Position numbers and translations under genes: made by a program. A stretch of DNA of 64,000 bases from a virus, in IMG/VR virus record IMGVR_UViG_3300028654_000009; one strand, 5' to 3'. The notes below the pieces were generated by a model, which was not told the DNA's origin, ran no database searches, and was given only the letters and a program-made list of their open reading frames with translations. This document shows positions 46,072 through 55,900 of this stretch, piece by piece (position 1 is the stretch's first letter; each line of letters starts with the position of its first letter).

Positions 46072-46429
46072 ACGCCACAGTGCCGGCCGGCAGAGCGCCA
46101 ATCGAAGACAGGTATGTTTCTATCGACTTGTTCTTCGCATTGATACCGTTGCCGGAAATGGCGGCCACCAAGTCCGTAAACCCGGTCGGAGTCTGAAGCC
46201 CGAAGTATTCAATAATATCCCCATACCCCAAAGGCGAAGCCTTCCCGCGAATGCCGGTTGAAGCTCCGTCTTGGATCGTTAGCTGATACGTGGACGCCCA
46301 AGGGAGGGCCCCTACGCCCTGAACCGCTACTGTCACCAGGGCTGTATTGGTATCGCCGTTTAGATCGACGACGGCCACGCGCATTTTGTTTAGGTTTGGA
46401 ACAGGGATGTTGACCGTAAGGTTGAGCAT
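46070..46429 (-). CDS. Fibre-associated protein/chaperone
   Basis: Directly downstream of long fibre; AAGGAGG SD. Confidence 0.55.
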   Translation of the reverse strand: MLNLTVNIPVPNLNKMRVAVVDLNGDTNTALVTVAVQGVGALPWASTYQLTIQDGASTGIRGKASPLGYGDIIEYFGLQTPTGFTDLVAAISGNGINAKNKSIETYLSSIGALPAGTVA

Positions 46430-46457
46430 TGACCTCCTTTAAGTGGTGAACGAACGA

Positions 46458-49400
46458 TTAAAAAAGGCTCCAAGTGCTTCCGTCATAAACTAGCATATAA
46501 GGGCTACCCAACACTGGCACAACTGGCGAGCCAGTCTTAGTCTTGATGCCTCCCGCCGACGCCGAGTGACCCAACGTGATAGAAGCAGAGTTGGGAATCA
46601 ACACGATAATCGAGCCCGATTGCCAGCCCGTAGTGGTGATAGCCGTAACGGGTGTCGTGCCGCTTAGAACAAAAACATTCCCGTCGTTGCCGAGGGTGAT
46701 GGTCGCGGCGCTGGCGACGGTCGCGCCCTTGCCCTGCTGGTGGCGCGTGTTGTGCTGAAGCCCGTTGGCGTTGACGTGGAATTGCTGAGTGGTCGCCGAC
46801 GCGAAGCCGATGTCACCAGCGCCGATGCGCCACATTCCCGTGCCGGTGTCAGCGTTGAACGAATAGGACGGGGTGGTGTTGCCGCCGCCGGCGTTTGCCA
46901 GGATCGAGGCGTTAAAGACCAACGTGGTCCCCGACACCTGCATCAGTACGGTGCCGCCGGTCTGGAGTCCGACAGCGGTCGTGGTCGCCTTGCCCATCCA
47001 GACCGAGACGTTGTTGACCGATAGGACCTGCCAGTTTCCGCCGCCGAGAGAGATGATCTCGGCCGAGTCTCCGATGTCCAGGAGGATGCCCTGGGCGCCG
47101 CCTGGACAGAGAAGGGACGTGGAATTGTGAGTGAAACCGACGGATGACGCGGTGGTGTTCCGAAGTGTCACCCGCCGCCCGTTGGTGACCGTTCCGAAAG
47201 AGGTGATGTTGACGGCACCGGCACCGGTGAGCAGGACGTATCCGCCCGAGACGGTCGAGAGGTCGGTGGTGGTGGCCGCCGCGATGGATGCGGACGAACT
47301 GCCGAGTGCATCGAACGCAGCGCCTGCCGAGGTCTGCCCCGTGCCTCCTTGGCTAAATCCGAGAGTTCCTGAGATGTTGCCGAACGTAGGCTGAGCAGAG
47401 TTGAACGTTCCGAAGGTTCCATCAAACGCAGTCAGGAATTGATTAGCAGGCGAGACGTATTGGAAAGCCATTGTGCACAAATTCGCTGAGCTGCGCCCGC
47501 GCAATGCGTGCGTTGTGCTGTCCGCCCAAACGCGCAGCGAACCGGCGCTAGGCGCGGCAGGCGCCGCAATTTCAGTGAACTGAATGTCCCCGGCCGCCGG
47601 TACGTCGTTCGGGATGTTGGCGAGGGTCTGCACCGTCGATCCGAGTGGCTTCGTGACATCTCCCGTGAAGGCCGGGAGTTGGCCCGCCGTGATGACGCCT
47701 GAGATGCCCGAGAACGATGGCTGAGCCGCCGAGACCACACCGTTGTCGGAGATGGCGAAAATAAAGTTGTTTGCCGGTGGGGTAATGCTGCGGACCCCGT
47801 GGTTAACGTTCCCAGCGTCGTCCTTTGAACAGAAGTTTTTAGAGGTGCTGTCTCCATAGATAAACAGCTTGCCAGCCGCCGGAGAAGACGGAGCCACCAC
47901 GGAAGTCACAAGGATATCACCGGTCATGGTAACGCCGTTTGATATATTCAACAGAGTCGTTACACCAGAGCCTGCGGAAGTTGTTACATCACCTCCCGTA
48001 AAAGCGGGCAAGCGCCCTACTGGCAACGTTCCAGAGGTTAGGTCTGTGGCGGAGCCCGAGGTTGCAACGGTAGCAAGGCCCGACACGGCTCCGGCAGCAA
48101 TTGCAATAGCCGTAGAACCGGCAGCCGTTATCAAACCCTTCCCGTTGACGGTGAAGGTTCCTACACTAGCTGCTCCACCGAAACTGCCTACGTTGGAGTT
48201 GACCGTAGCAAGGGTAGAGGCATAGCTTGAAGTCGTTATGTCTCCGGTCAGAGGACCAAACTGGGTGCCAGCAAGAGTGCCAGAAATGTCAGAAAATCCA
48301 GGCTGAGCCAACACAGAAGAACCGTCGTCCGCAACCGAAGTCAAGAACTGGTGGCTTACGGCGGCTTTGGTCTGGATTCCATGGTTGACGACGCCTGCAT
48401 CGCTTTTAACAGCGAAGTTCTTGGAAGTGGAATCCACATAAAGGCGGGCCTTGCCGGCACTTGGGGTAACCGGCGCAACTATGGTGGTGGCCAGGAGATC
48501 GCCAGCCATGGGCACATCATTGGGGATGTTGTTGAGGGTGGTGGCGTACGAAAACCCTCCACCGTTTCCTATGTCCCCAGTAAGAGTGCCGAATCGTGCT
48601 GCGGGCAAAATCCCTGTCGTTAGGTCAGCGGCGGACCCCGAGGTGGCGATAGCGGCGAGGCCCGACACGGCTCCGGCAGCAATAGAAATCGGGGCGGACG
48701 AAGCAGCTGTCACCAGACCCTTCCCATTAAGGGTGAAGCTTACTGCGTGTGAGGCATCGCCAAACGAGCCTACGTTGGAGTTGACCGTGGCCAGGGTAGA
48801 GACATAGCTCGAAGTGGTTACGTCTCCGGTCAGAGGCCCAAACTGGGTTCCCGCCAAAGTGCCTGAGATGTCCGCGAATGCCGGCCTGCTGGCGGTGAAC
48901 TGCCCGGTAGAACTATCGAACGAACGAAGCCAGTTCGAGGCCACGGGCGCGATAGTAAAGGCTGTACTGGCTACTGCCCCTGAAGAGTTTTTTGAAGCAA
49001 GCGCCAAACTGGTGGAGTCGATGTAGCAACGAGCAGACCCTACAGAAGGGGTGGCAGGAGAAGCTTGAAGACCCCAAGATGTAAGACCCGTAAAAAACGT
49101 CAACTCTTGGGTAGAGCCACTGATCGTCATGGCGAAAGCACCATTTGCGATCAGGTTCATATTGTTAGAGCCTGAGGTACCGACATTGAAGGCACCATTG
49201 GCCTTCAGAATGGTCTGTGTCGCCGCCTTATCTAGGCCTACGGCTACGTTTGTGAAGCCGCCGAGATTGCCTGCGCTAGATACCGTAACAGGAGGTCCTG
49301 CGGCAGGAGTATAGGCCCCTCCGATCCCTACAAGGAGGCGCTTATTCAGGTTGTCCCAAAATAAATTGGTATCATCGGCGTCCACCAGGTGGCCGGTAGC

Positions 49401-50192
49401 ATCGATGAACGCAACCGCTCCAGGAGTCTTCGTCCATAGACTCCCAGAGATGTCCGCAAAGGTCGGCTGTGCCAGAACAGAAGAACCGTCGTCGGCAATC
49501 GAGGTTAGAAACTGGTGAGCTACTGCTGTCTTTGTCTGGATTCCGTGGTTGACGATGCCCGCATCGTTTTTAGCTGCGAAGTTCTTGGAGGTCGAGTCAG
49601 TGTAGACCACTACCTTGCCGGCCGCAGGCGTTGATGGAGCCGCGATATTAGTGTGGAGAATGGTTCCCGCTGCCGTCACCCCGGTCGGTATATTCACAAG
49701 GGTGGTAGCGAGGGCACCCGCCGAAGTGGTCAGGTCACCTGTCAGGGCGGGGAACCGGCCGGCCGGGAGGGTGCCTGATATCAAAGCCGAAGCGTCGATG
49801 GCGATCGAAATATTAGAAACGCCAGTTACTAGCCCCTTAGCGTTGACCACAAGCTGGGGAGTATGGGATGCGTCACTCCAGGTGCCTACGTTGGAATTTA
49901 CCGTGGCAAGTGTGGCAACAACCGAACCGGTACCGGAAAAGGCCACATCTCCAGTAGCGGCCGTAACCCCGTTTGATAGAGCTACGCTCCAAAAGGAACT
50001 GTTAGAGGGGGCATTGCCGGTAGACTGCTGGAGGCAGACGTAAGTCGCGGCATTGTAAACCACCGCATCGTACGGCAGATAGGTTACATTGCTGGCGTAG
50101 GCGCCCTTCCAGGTAAAGCCGCGACCATCCTTACCATAAATTACGGTAGGTATGGAATACTGCCGGGGCCTATTTTCATCATTCGCTGCCAC
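46458..50192 (-). CDS. Long tail fibre protein
   Basis: 1244 aa; N-terminal WKGAY carbohydrate-binding-like module; repeats shared with 7925-9922; AATCTT box 6 nt upstream. Confidence 0.8.
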   Translation of the reverse strand: MAANDENRPRQYSIPTVIYGKDGRGFTWKGAYASNVTYLPYDAVVYNAATYVCLQQSTGNAPSNSSFWSVALSNGVTAATGDVAFSGTGSVVATLATVNSNVGTWSDASHTPQLVVNAKGLVTGVSNISIAIDASALISGTLPAGRFPALTGDLTTSAGALATTLVNIPTGVTAAGTILHTNIAAPSTPAAGKVVVYTDSTSKNFAAKNDAGIVNHGIQTKTAVAHQFLTSIADDGSSVLAQPTFADISGSLWTKTPGAVAFIDATGHLVDADDTNLFWDNLNKRLLVGIGGAYTPAAGPPVTVSSAGNLGGFTNVAVGLDKAATQTILKANGAFNVGTSGSNNMNLIANGAFAMTISGSTQELTFFTGLTSWGLQASPATPSVGSARCYIDSTSLALASKNSSGAVASTAFTIAPVASNWLRSFDSSTGQFTASRPAFADISGTLAGTQFGPLTGDVTTSSYVSTLATVNSNVGSFGDASHAVSFTLNGKGLVTAASSAPISIAAGAVSGLAAIATSGSAADLTTGILPAARFGTLTGDIGNGGGFSYATTLNNIPNDVPMAGDLLATTIVAPVTPSAGKARLYVDSTSKNFAVKSDAGVVNHGIQTKAAVSHQFLTSVADDGSSVLAQPGFSDISGTLAGTQFGPLTGDITTSSYASTLATVNSNVGSFGGAASVGTFTVNGKGLITAAGSTAIAIAAGAVSGLATVATSGSATDLTSGTLPVGRLPAFTGGDVTTSAGSGVTTLLNISNGVTMTGDILVTSVVAPSSPAAGKLFIYGDSTSKNFCSKDDAGNVNHGVRSITPPANNFIFAISDNGVVSAAQPSFSGISGVITAGQLPAFTGDVTKPLGSTVQTLANIPNDVPAAGDIQFTEIAAPAAPSAGSLRVWADSTTHALRGRSSANLCTMAFQYVSPANQFLTAFDGTFGTFNSAQPTFGNISGTLGFSQGGTGQTSAGAAFDALGSSSASIAAATTTDLSTVSGGYVLLTGAGAVNITSFGTVTNGRRVTLRNTTASSVGFTHNSTSLLCPGGAQGILLDIGDSAEIISLGGGNWQVLSVNNVSVWMGKATTTAVGLQTGGTVLMQVSGTTLVFNASILANAGGGNTTPSYSFNADTGTGMWRIGAGDIGFASATTQQFHVNANGLQHNTRHQQGKGATVASAATITLGNDGNVFVLSGTTPVTAITTTGWQSGSIIVLIPNSASITLGHSASAGGIKTKTGSPVVPVLGSPYMLVYDGSTWSLF

Positions 50193-50198
50193 GCTATC

Positions 50199-50204
50199 AA
50201 GATT
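50199..50204 (-). promoter_or_regulatory. Late-promoter box AATCTT
   Basis: 6 nt before GTG 50192. Confidence 0.75.
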
Positions 50205-50216
50205 AGCCTCATTGAC

Positions 50217-51251
50217 TTAAACCTTGTTGGAAGGCGGAACGGGCTGGGTAGCAAACCCATTCAGCTGGAAGTCCTCGTCGGCAAAAATGCCGTCGGATTC
50301 GTCATCAAAAGCAGAGAAAACCGGCTCAATCTGGATCGACTCAATCCGGTCATTGATAAACTTCGGCCAGCTCTGGCGAACGAACCCCGTCACGTTGACG
50401 AATCGGGTCCAGGCGTTCTCTCCGTTACCAAAGCGGAGGTCCTTGGCAAACTGGCTGCTAGAAATGGTGCTTCGCTCGAACCCTCGGGACTCCAAAAGGG
50501 TCTGCTTGTATCTCAGAAGACAGAACACAACAATCGAGTGGAGCCAGGTCAGGTAGAAAGGGTCTCCGTGGGAATGGGCACCAACCCTGTAGGTCTCCCG
50601 AAAATTGAGTGACTCAACTTGTTGGACCAGCCTGGGATTGTTGCCTCGAATCGTCGCGCCTCGGAAGTCGTCATTGGTACCTATGTCAACCTGGATGATT
50701 TCTCTCCCGATTACGCCTACGATAGGGTACGAAACGCCGGTCTTCGAAATTATCTGCATACGATTTGTCACGAGCAGGGCGTTTGATACGTCCTCTGGGA
50801 GCGTCAGCTGGCCCGTAGTGGGGTCCCAGGCCGTAGGAGTGAAAGGGCCAGCCAGGGCCGGCCAGGTGGCTTCTGAGGTCTCGCTAGGAACGTAGTGGAC
50901 GTCCCCTAGGGTTACGTCGGTCTCAACACTTTCGACCAGCGAAATCGAAATCATGGCGTAGTCGGGACTATCAAACCGATAGTCCATCACGACAGGGATG
51001 TCTGTCCGAAGGAACCAGCGCTTGGCTTGGTCGATCTCTTTTTGGCCGTAGGTTTGGGAGGTCAGGTCGTCGCGACGAAGCGAGGCGAAGCAATAGTCCA
51101 GCAAGTACGGATTAGCTCGGAGGTCCGCGATTGCCTCGACCAGGGCAGTGCGGATTATGATATCGCTCTGGTGGATACCAACAGCTTCGGTGGTATCAAA
51201 ATTCGGTTTGATAACCGAAAGAGACTGGTTGAGGTCTTGGGGGTCAAGCAC
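50217..51251 (-). CDS. Neck/tail-completion structural protein
   Basis: AATCTT box 5 nt upstream; tail-terminator-like pattern; structural context. Confidence 0.55.
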   Translation of the reverse strand: MLDPQDLNQSLSVIKPNFDTTEAVGIHQSDIIIRTALVEAIADLRANPYLLDYCFASLRRDDLTSQTYGQKEIDQAKRWFLRTDIPVVMDYRFDSPDYAMISISLVESVETDVTLGDVHYVPSETSEATWPALAGPFTPTAWDPTTGQLTLPEDVSNALLVTNRMQIISKTGVSYPIVGVIGREIIQVDIGTNDDFRGATIRGNNPRLVQQVESLNFRETYRVGAHSHGDPFYLTWLHSIVVFCLLRYKQTLLESRGFERSTISSSQFAKDLRFGNGENAWTRFVNVTGFVRQSWPKFINDRIESIQIEPVFSAFDDESDGIFADEDFQLNGFATQPVPPSNKV

Positions 51252-51256
51252 CTTTC

Positions 51257-51262
51257 AAGATT
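51257..51262 (-). promoter_or_regulatory. Late-promoter box AATCTT
   Basis: 5 nt before GTG 51251. Confidence 0.75.
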
Positions 51263-51296
51263 GCCAGCGAACGCGAGTCATGCTAAAGTCAAGTCC

Positions 51297-51707
51297 ATGC
51301 CAAACAACAAATTCGTACTTATCCCAGACAGCATGGCCCCAAATTTCCTAGGCCGACAGATCGCCCACAGCGATTACCTCGACACCAGCGACACCAAGTA
51401 CACGTTCGCAATGATCCCAGACACAGTGCAGGAGCTGGGTTCCGCGAACCTGGTTTCTTCGGTGTCGTTCGAGGATTCGAACAAGCACAAGCCGGCACTC
51501 GACATTGATATCCCGATGCACGTGTTCCCCTCCAGCACGAAGGGGTGCAACCACCTCTATTTCGACGTAGATATGACCTGGGACCAATACGTCAAGCTCC
51601 TCGACGTGATGGAGGAGGTCGGCATCCTTCAGGCGGGCTTCGTCAAGGCTTCCAAGAAGCGAGGGGCGACTTACCTGCGGCTGCCTTGGGTCAAGAAGAA
51701 GGTATGA
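51297..51707 (+). CDS. Conserved phage protein, possible minimal AEP/prim-pol-like domain
   Basis: HKPALDID...SSTKGCNHLY (DxD and SxxxGxH-like). Confidence 0.5.
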   Translation: MPNNKFVLIPDSMAPNFLGRQIAHSDYLDTSDTKYTFAMIPDTVQELGSANLVSSVSFEDSNKHKPALDIDIPMHVFPSSTKGCNHLYFDVDMTWDQYVKLLDVMEEVGILQAGFVKASKKRGATYLRLPWVKKKV

Positions 51708-52165
51708 TATCTCCCGAAGACTTGATATTCCTGCGGATTGCGATGGAGACAAGTGGGCGTTCCGTTGACCGCTCCACGCGCGTTGGCTCTGTCATAGTTA
51801 CAGAAAATGGACATATATTGGAAGCCCATAACGGTTTTCCGCGAGGTGTAAAGGAGTCGGACGCTCGACATACCAGGCCTGCGAAGTATCACTACTTTGA
51901 GCACGCTGAGAGGAACGCGATCTACCAGGCAGCTAGACGTGGCATTGCGACAGAAGGAGCTGCGCTCTATATGGCGGCAACTATGCCGGGCCCTCCGTGC
52001 TGTGACTGCTCAAGGGCATGCATTCAAGCGGGAATCTCCCGCGTGGTGTGCTCCTTCAGCGGGGGCGCCCTTACTTGGCGTGAAGACTGGCGAGCATCGA
52101 TGCTTGCCTCAGTTGAGATGCTCAAGGAGGCTGGCGTCTCGCTGGAGTTCGAGATCGAAGAGTGA
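51704..52165 (+). CDS. dCMP deaminase
   Basis: SVDRSTRVGSVIV, HNGFPRG, HAERNAI, PCCDC, IQAGI. Confidence 0.9.
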   Translation: MISPEDLIFLRIAMETSGRSVDRSTRVGSVIVTENGHILEAHNGFPRGVKESDARHTRPAKYHYFEHAERNAIYQAARRGIATEGAALYMAATMPGPPCCDCSRACIQAGISRVVCSFSGGALTWREDWRASMLASVEMLKEAGVSLEFEIEE

Positions 52166-52168
52166 CGT

Positions 52169-52981
52169 TTAAATCTTCGAGGCTATTCGCTCGATGAGAT
52201 CCGGCGTGATGTGTGACTCGACCTCCTCTAATGCCCAAGCGTATACCGAATCGAAGATGTGAACGGGCTGAAGACCCGGATGGAAGAACCCGTCTGGGTT
52301 CTTGGATGTGGCCACACGAAAGGTTAATACACTTTTTTTAGTGCCCCCAGAAGGTGTAGCCGACTGATACACAGAAACGCCCCTAAGGAACGGTATGCCT
52401 GTCTTGCCCTGCTTAACACCTCCCACTGGTCCGTGACCCTGCCCTGGACCTTCTCCGCTCTTGAGAGGTTTGTCCTCGATGTTGAACGAGTGAATCTTGC
52501 CCATCTTGGGACGGCCTTGTGCGTCCCGCTCGATTTTGGCTAGCGGAATCTTCCGCTTCTTCAGCTCGGCCCGAACGGTATCCACGGTCTCTTTGGAGGA
52601 CTCTGGAGTGTTCGTAGGGCCCTTCCCGGGGCCCACGTGCTGGAATGGTACCACCAGGTACTTATGCCCGTCCTTCGAGGTCTTGGCCGAAGGGCTGTTC
52701 AGCAATGCGTCCAGCATAGAATGCGGCTCCATGCCGTCGTCGATCCATACCGAACCTTGTGCAAGGGATAGGTAGTGCTCCCCGTTGCCTTCGTGGGTAA
52801 GACTCAGGGCTTCCACAAACATTTGCCTACGAGAATGCAGACGTTCGTTTGCTAGTTCTAAAGCTTTGGCGTGTACCTGTATGCTGAGGTCATTGGCGGC
52901 TTGCTCGGCTTCTTGCTTGATGATGTCTGCTAAGTCCTTGAAGCCAGCCAGGCAGCTGAGGTCGATATTGATGTTATACAT
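52169..52981 (-). CDS. Neck/tail-completion protein (HK97 gp10-like role)
   Basis: KDGHKYLVVPF, TFRVATS...FFHPG; TAATG-coupled to upstream giant ORF. Confidence 0.6.
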   Translation of the reverse strand: MYNINIDLSCLAGFKDLADIIKQEAEQAANDLSIQVHAKALELANERLHSRRQMFVEALSLTHEGNGEHYLSLAQGSVWIDDGMEPHSMLDALLNSPSAKTSKDGHKYLVVPFQHVGPGKGPTNTPESSKETVDTVRAELKKRKIPLAKIERDAQGRPKMGKIHSFNIEDKPLKSGEGPGQGHGPVGGVKQGKTGIPFLRGVSVYQSATPSGGTKKSVLTFRVATSKNPDGFFHPGLQPVHIFDSVYAWALEEVESHITPDLIERIASKI

Positions 52982-55900
52982 TACGGGCTATTCGGCTCCC
53001 TACTTGAGACAGCGTGACTGTTGGCCCCTCCGCCACCCGCGCCTCCGGGCTCAAGTCCCTGAATGAGGCCGGCTGTAACACCTTTCCACCCCACCGTGCC
53101 GTCCGCATGTTGCACCTTCAAGTGTCCATTGTGTAGCGAGCCCACAGGCAGCTCCAGGTCCTTGTGGGTCGGAGGCATGGACTCCTTGTTTAGCTCCTTC
53201 TCGGGCGGGAATTTCTCGTTGGGTTCGATTTCTTCTTTGGCTACATGGTGGGAGCAGTCTGGGCCACAAATCAAAAGGTCGTCCTCCTTCTCGGCCGGGA
53301 ATTCGCCCTTGAGGGTGTATTGGTAGGGCCCATGCCATTTAACGCCCCGGTTATCAACATAGTCGTCTGGCTCTGGGTTGTAACTCATCCCGTGCTTCTC
53401 GGCCAAGGACTGATGAACCCTGTGAGCCATTTCAGAATGGCTGCCTCCTTGAACGTCTTTGATCCCAAGCTTGTTCTTGGCGTGCGAGTAAAGAGCCTCG
53501 TACATGGCCTTCCCCAGACCTCGCCCCCGGAGACTGCTGCTCAGAAAAGAATGGGGGGTCAGCATCCCTTCCCATTTCTCTTTTTCCGCACCTGTGCCTA
53601 GGCTACGGTTGCGATAGTGAACGTCCGAATGGACATCTCCGTCTGTCATATGTTGAGCATCGTTGTGCAGCTCGGCAACGATATGATGGACATTGTACTT
53701 CCCTCCGACTCCATGCCGGCGCTCCTGCACAACCAGGCTGTGGGTCTTGCGCATCTCCTCGGGCAGCAGGTGTGAGTAGTTGTAGTTTCTGGCTACCACC
53801 GTCCCATGGAGGGTCCTGTCCACGTTTTGATACTTACCCACAGGAATGTCCTTGATGGCCTTCTCGACCTTTTGGTCATGACAGCCCTTCGGGCAAAGCA
53901 GAAGCTTTTCTTCGTCAACGTTCGGAGCCAGCTCGGCCTTGAGGGCATACTTATAAGGCATGTGTGAGATGTTCGAGCCATGGATTCCGGAACCGTCGGG
54001 ATTGATAGGATCGACTTTGTAGTCCAGGCCGTGTGTTGCCGCCAAGCTTCGATGTACAGCACTCGCCTGCGCAGAATGCATCCCTCCGGCAACCCCCTCG
54101 ACCCCCAGCTTGTTCTTTGCGTGGGAATACGTGGCTAGATACATCGCCTTCCCGAAGCCTTTCCCGTGGTGGGCCAGATCGAGGTCAGCATGGGGCTCGA
54201 TGTGCTTATTTTTGATATACCCCTGCACATTCCCGACCAACGGATTGTTGGACGATTCGTCGTTGATGTACGTGCTGAGGTAGTTTTTCGAAGGGTTGTG
54301 GCGGACGAACATCTTGAAGTTCGAAGGCGTACCTTGTGGGAGCAAATGGGAGTAGTCGTGTAGGTGGACGTCGTTGCCATTGGCGTCTTGGTAGGTGCTC
54401 ATATGTTTGCCGGTAGGAACGTCGGCGATGGCTTTCTCGATCTTCTGGTCGTGACAACCAGGAGGGCAAAGCAACAAAGTTTCCTCATCATGATCTGGGG
54501 CTAGCTCGCCTTTGAGTTGGTACTGGTAGCCGGCGTAAGGGTAACGTGTGGCCGAGATTTCAGGATCGTCAGAACCGTCCTCGGGACGAAGGACGTAGGG
54601 AACGTGTTCCAGGCCGTGTTTCTTCGACAGAGCGATATGGACCGCTTCTGCTTGTGGAGAATGAGGTCCGCCCTGTACGTGATCGATCCCCGCCACATGT
54701 TTTGCATGGGCGTAAAGAGCCTCATACATAGCTTTACCTAAACCCTGTCCGCGAAATTGCTCGTCTAGATCGGAGTGTGGTTCAAGCCTCGTAAATTTGG
54801 CGAAAGGATCGTACCCCTTAAAGGTTCTGACACTGTTGGGCGGCCGCACGTATCCAGTAACGGCTCCCACATATCTGGGGCGGTCTCGTCCTGGTCTCGT
54901 CAATCTCGCCACTATCCGCTCTTTGCCGTTTTCATTGTTTTGGAAAGAATGATGAACGTGGAGCGACAGGCCCTGCTCTTTTTGTTCTGGCGTCAAAAGA
55001 TGGCCGTAATCAAACTTCTTCTGAGTTACCGGGTCACCTGAATCATCGTCACCGTTAGGAAATGTGGTTTCCCCTTGAAACTTGCCCGGCTTCAGGTCAG
55101 AGATCGCTTTCTCGATCTTCTGGTCGTGACAGCCGGGCGGACAGAGCAACAGAGCCTCTTCATCATGATCGGGGGCCAGTTCATCTTTGAGTTGGTAATG
55201 GTAGCTATCATACGGGTACTGCTCCAAAGGCAGACCGAATCCGCTCTTGGGGTTTCTTTTCTTTGAAACGTAGTTTAGCCCCATTTCACCGGCTAGCGAT
55301 CGATGAACCCTGTCCGCCGCCGCTGAGTGTTCCCCTCCTACGACATGGTTCACCCCCAAAGTATGATGGACATGAGCATAGAGGGCCTTGTAAGCCGCCT
55401 TGCCCAGCCCCTTGCCACGATATTCCTTCTCTAACTGGGAGTGGGGCTCTAGGTATGGCTCCCCTTGGAGTTGATCTTGGAATTCGTACTCGGCATTTGT
55501 GGACGGATTAATGTGCCCATGGGCTCCACCGAGATTCTGCTGCACCCCGTAGTTGGATTTGCTCAGCCTTGCCTCGACCATAGATGGGAATTGTTTGTGC
55601 CCCTCCTTTCTCTGATGCACCTTCAGCGTAAGCCCCATCGAGCGCTGGGACGGGGTCAAAAGGTGGTTGTAGTCATAGACTTGGTTTACGATGTTTGTTT
55701 CAGGGATCGGTCGGTCTTCTTCATGGGGACCCGGAGAGATATCAGAGATAGCCTTCTCGATCTTCTGGTCATGGCAGCCAGGAGGACAAAGCAGCAGGGC
55801 TTCCTCATCATGATCTGGCGCTAACTCGCCTTTGATCTGGTAGTCGTAGTCCATATATGGATAACGCTGTACATGTTCGTCGTCCGGGTCTTCACCGTAT

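Noticed and set aside
53235-55845. Regularly spaced DNA repeats as a CRISPR array or DGR template/variable repeats
   Set aside because: The repeats are in-frame coding linkers ~600-700 bp apart with mainly synonymous differences. No cas or reverse transcriptase gene is in the window.
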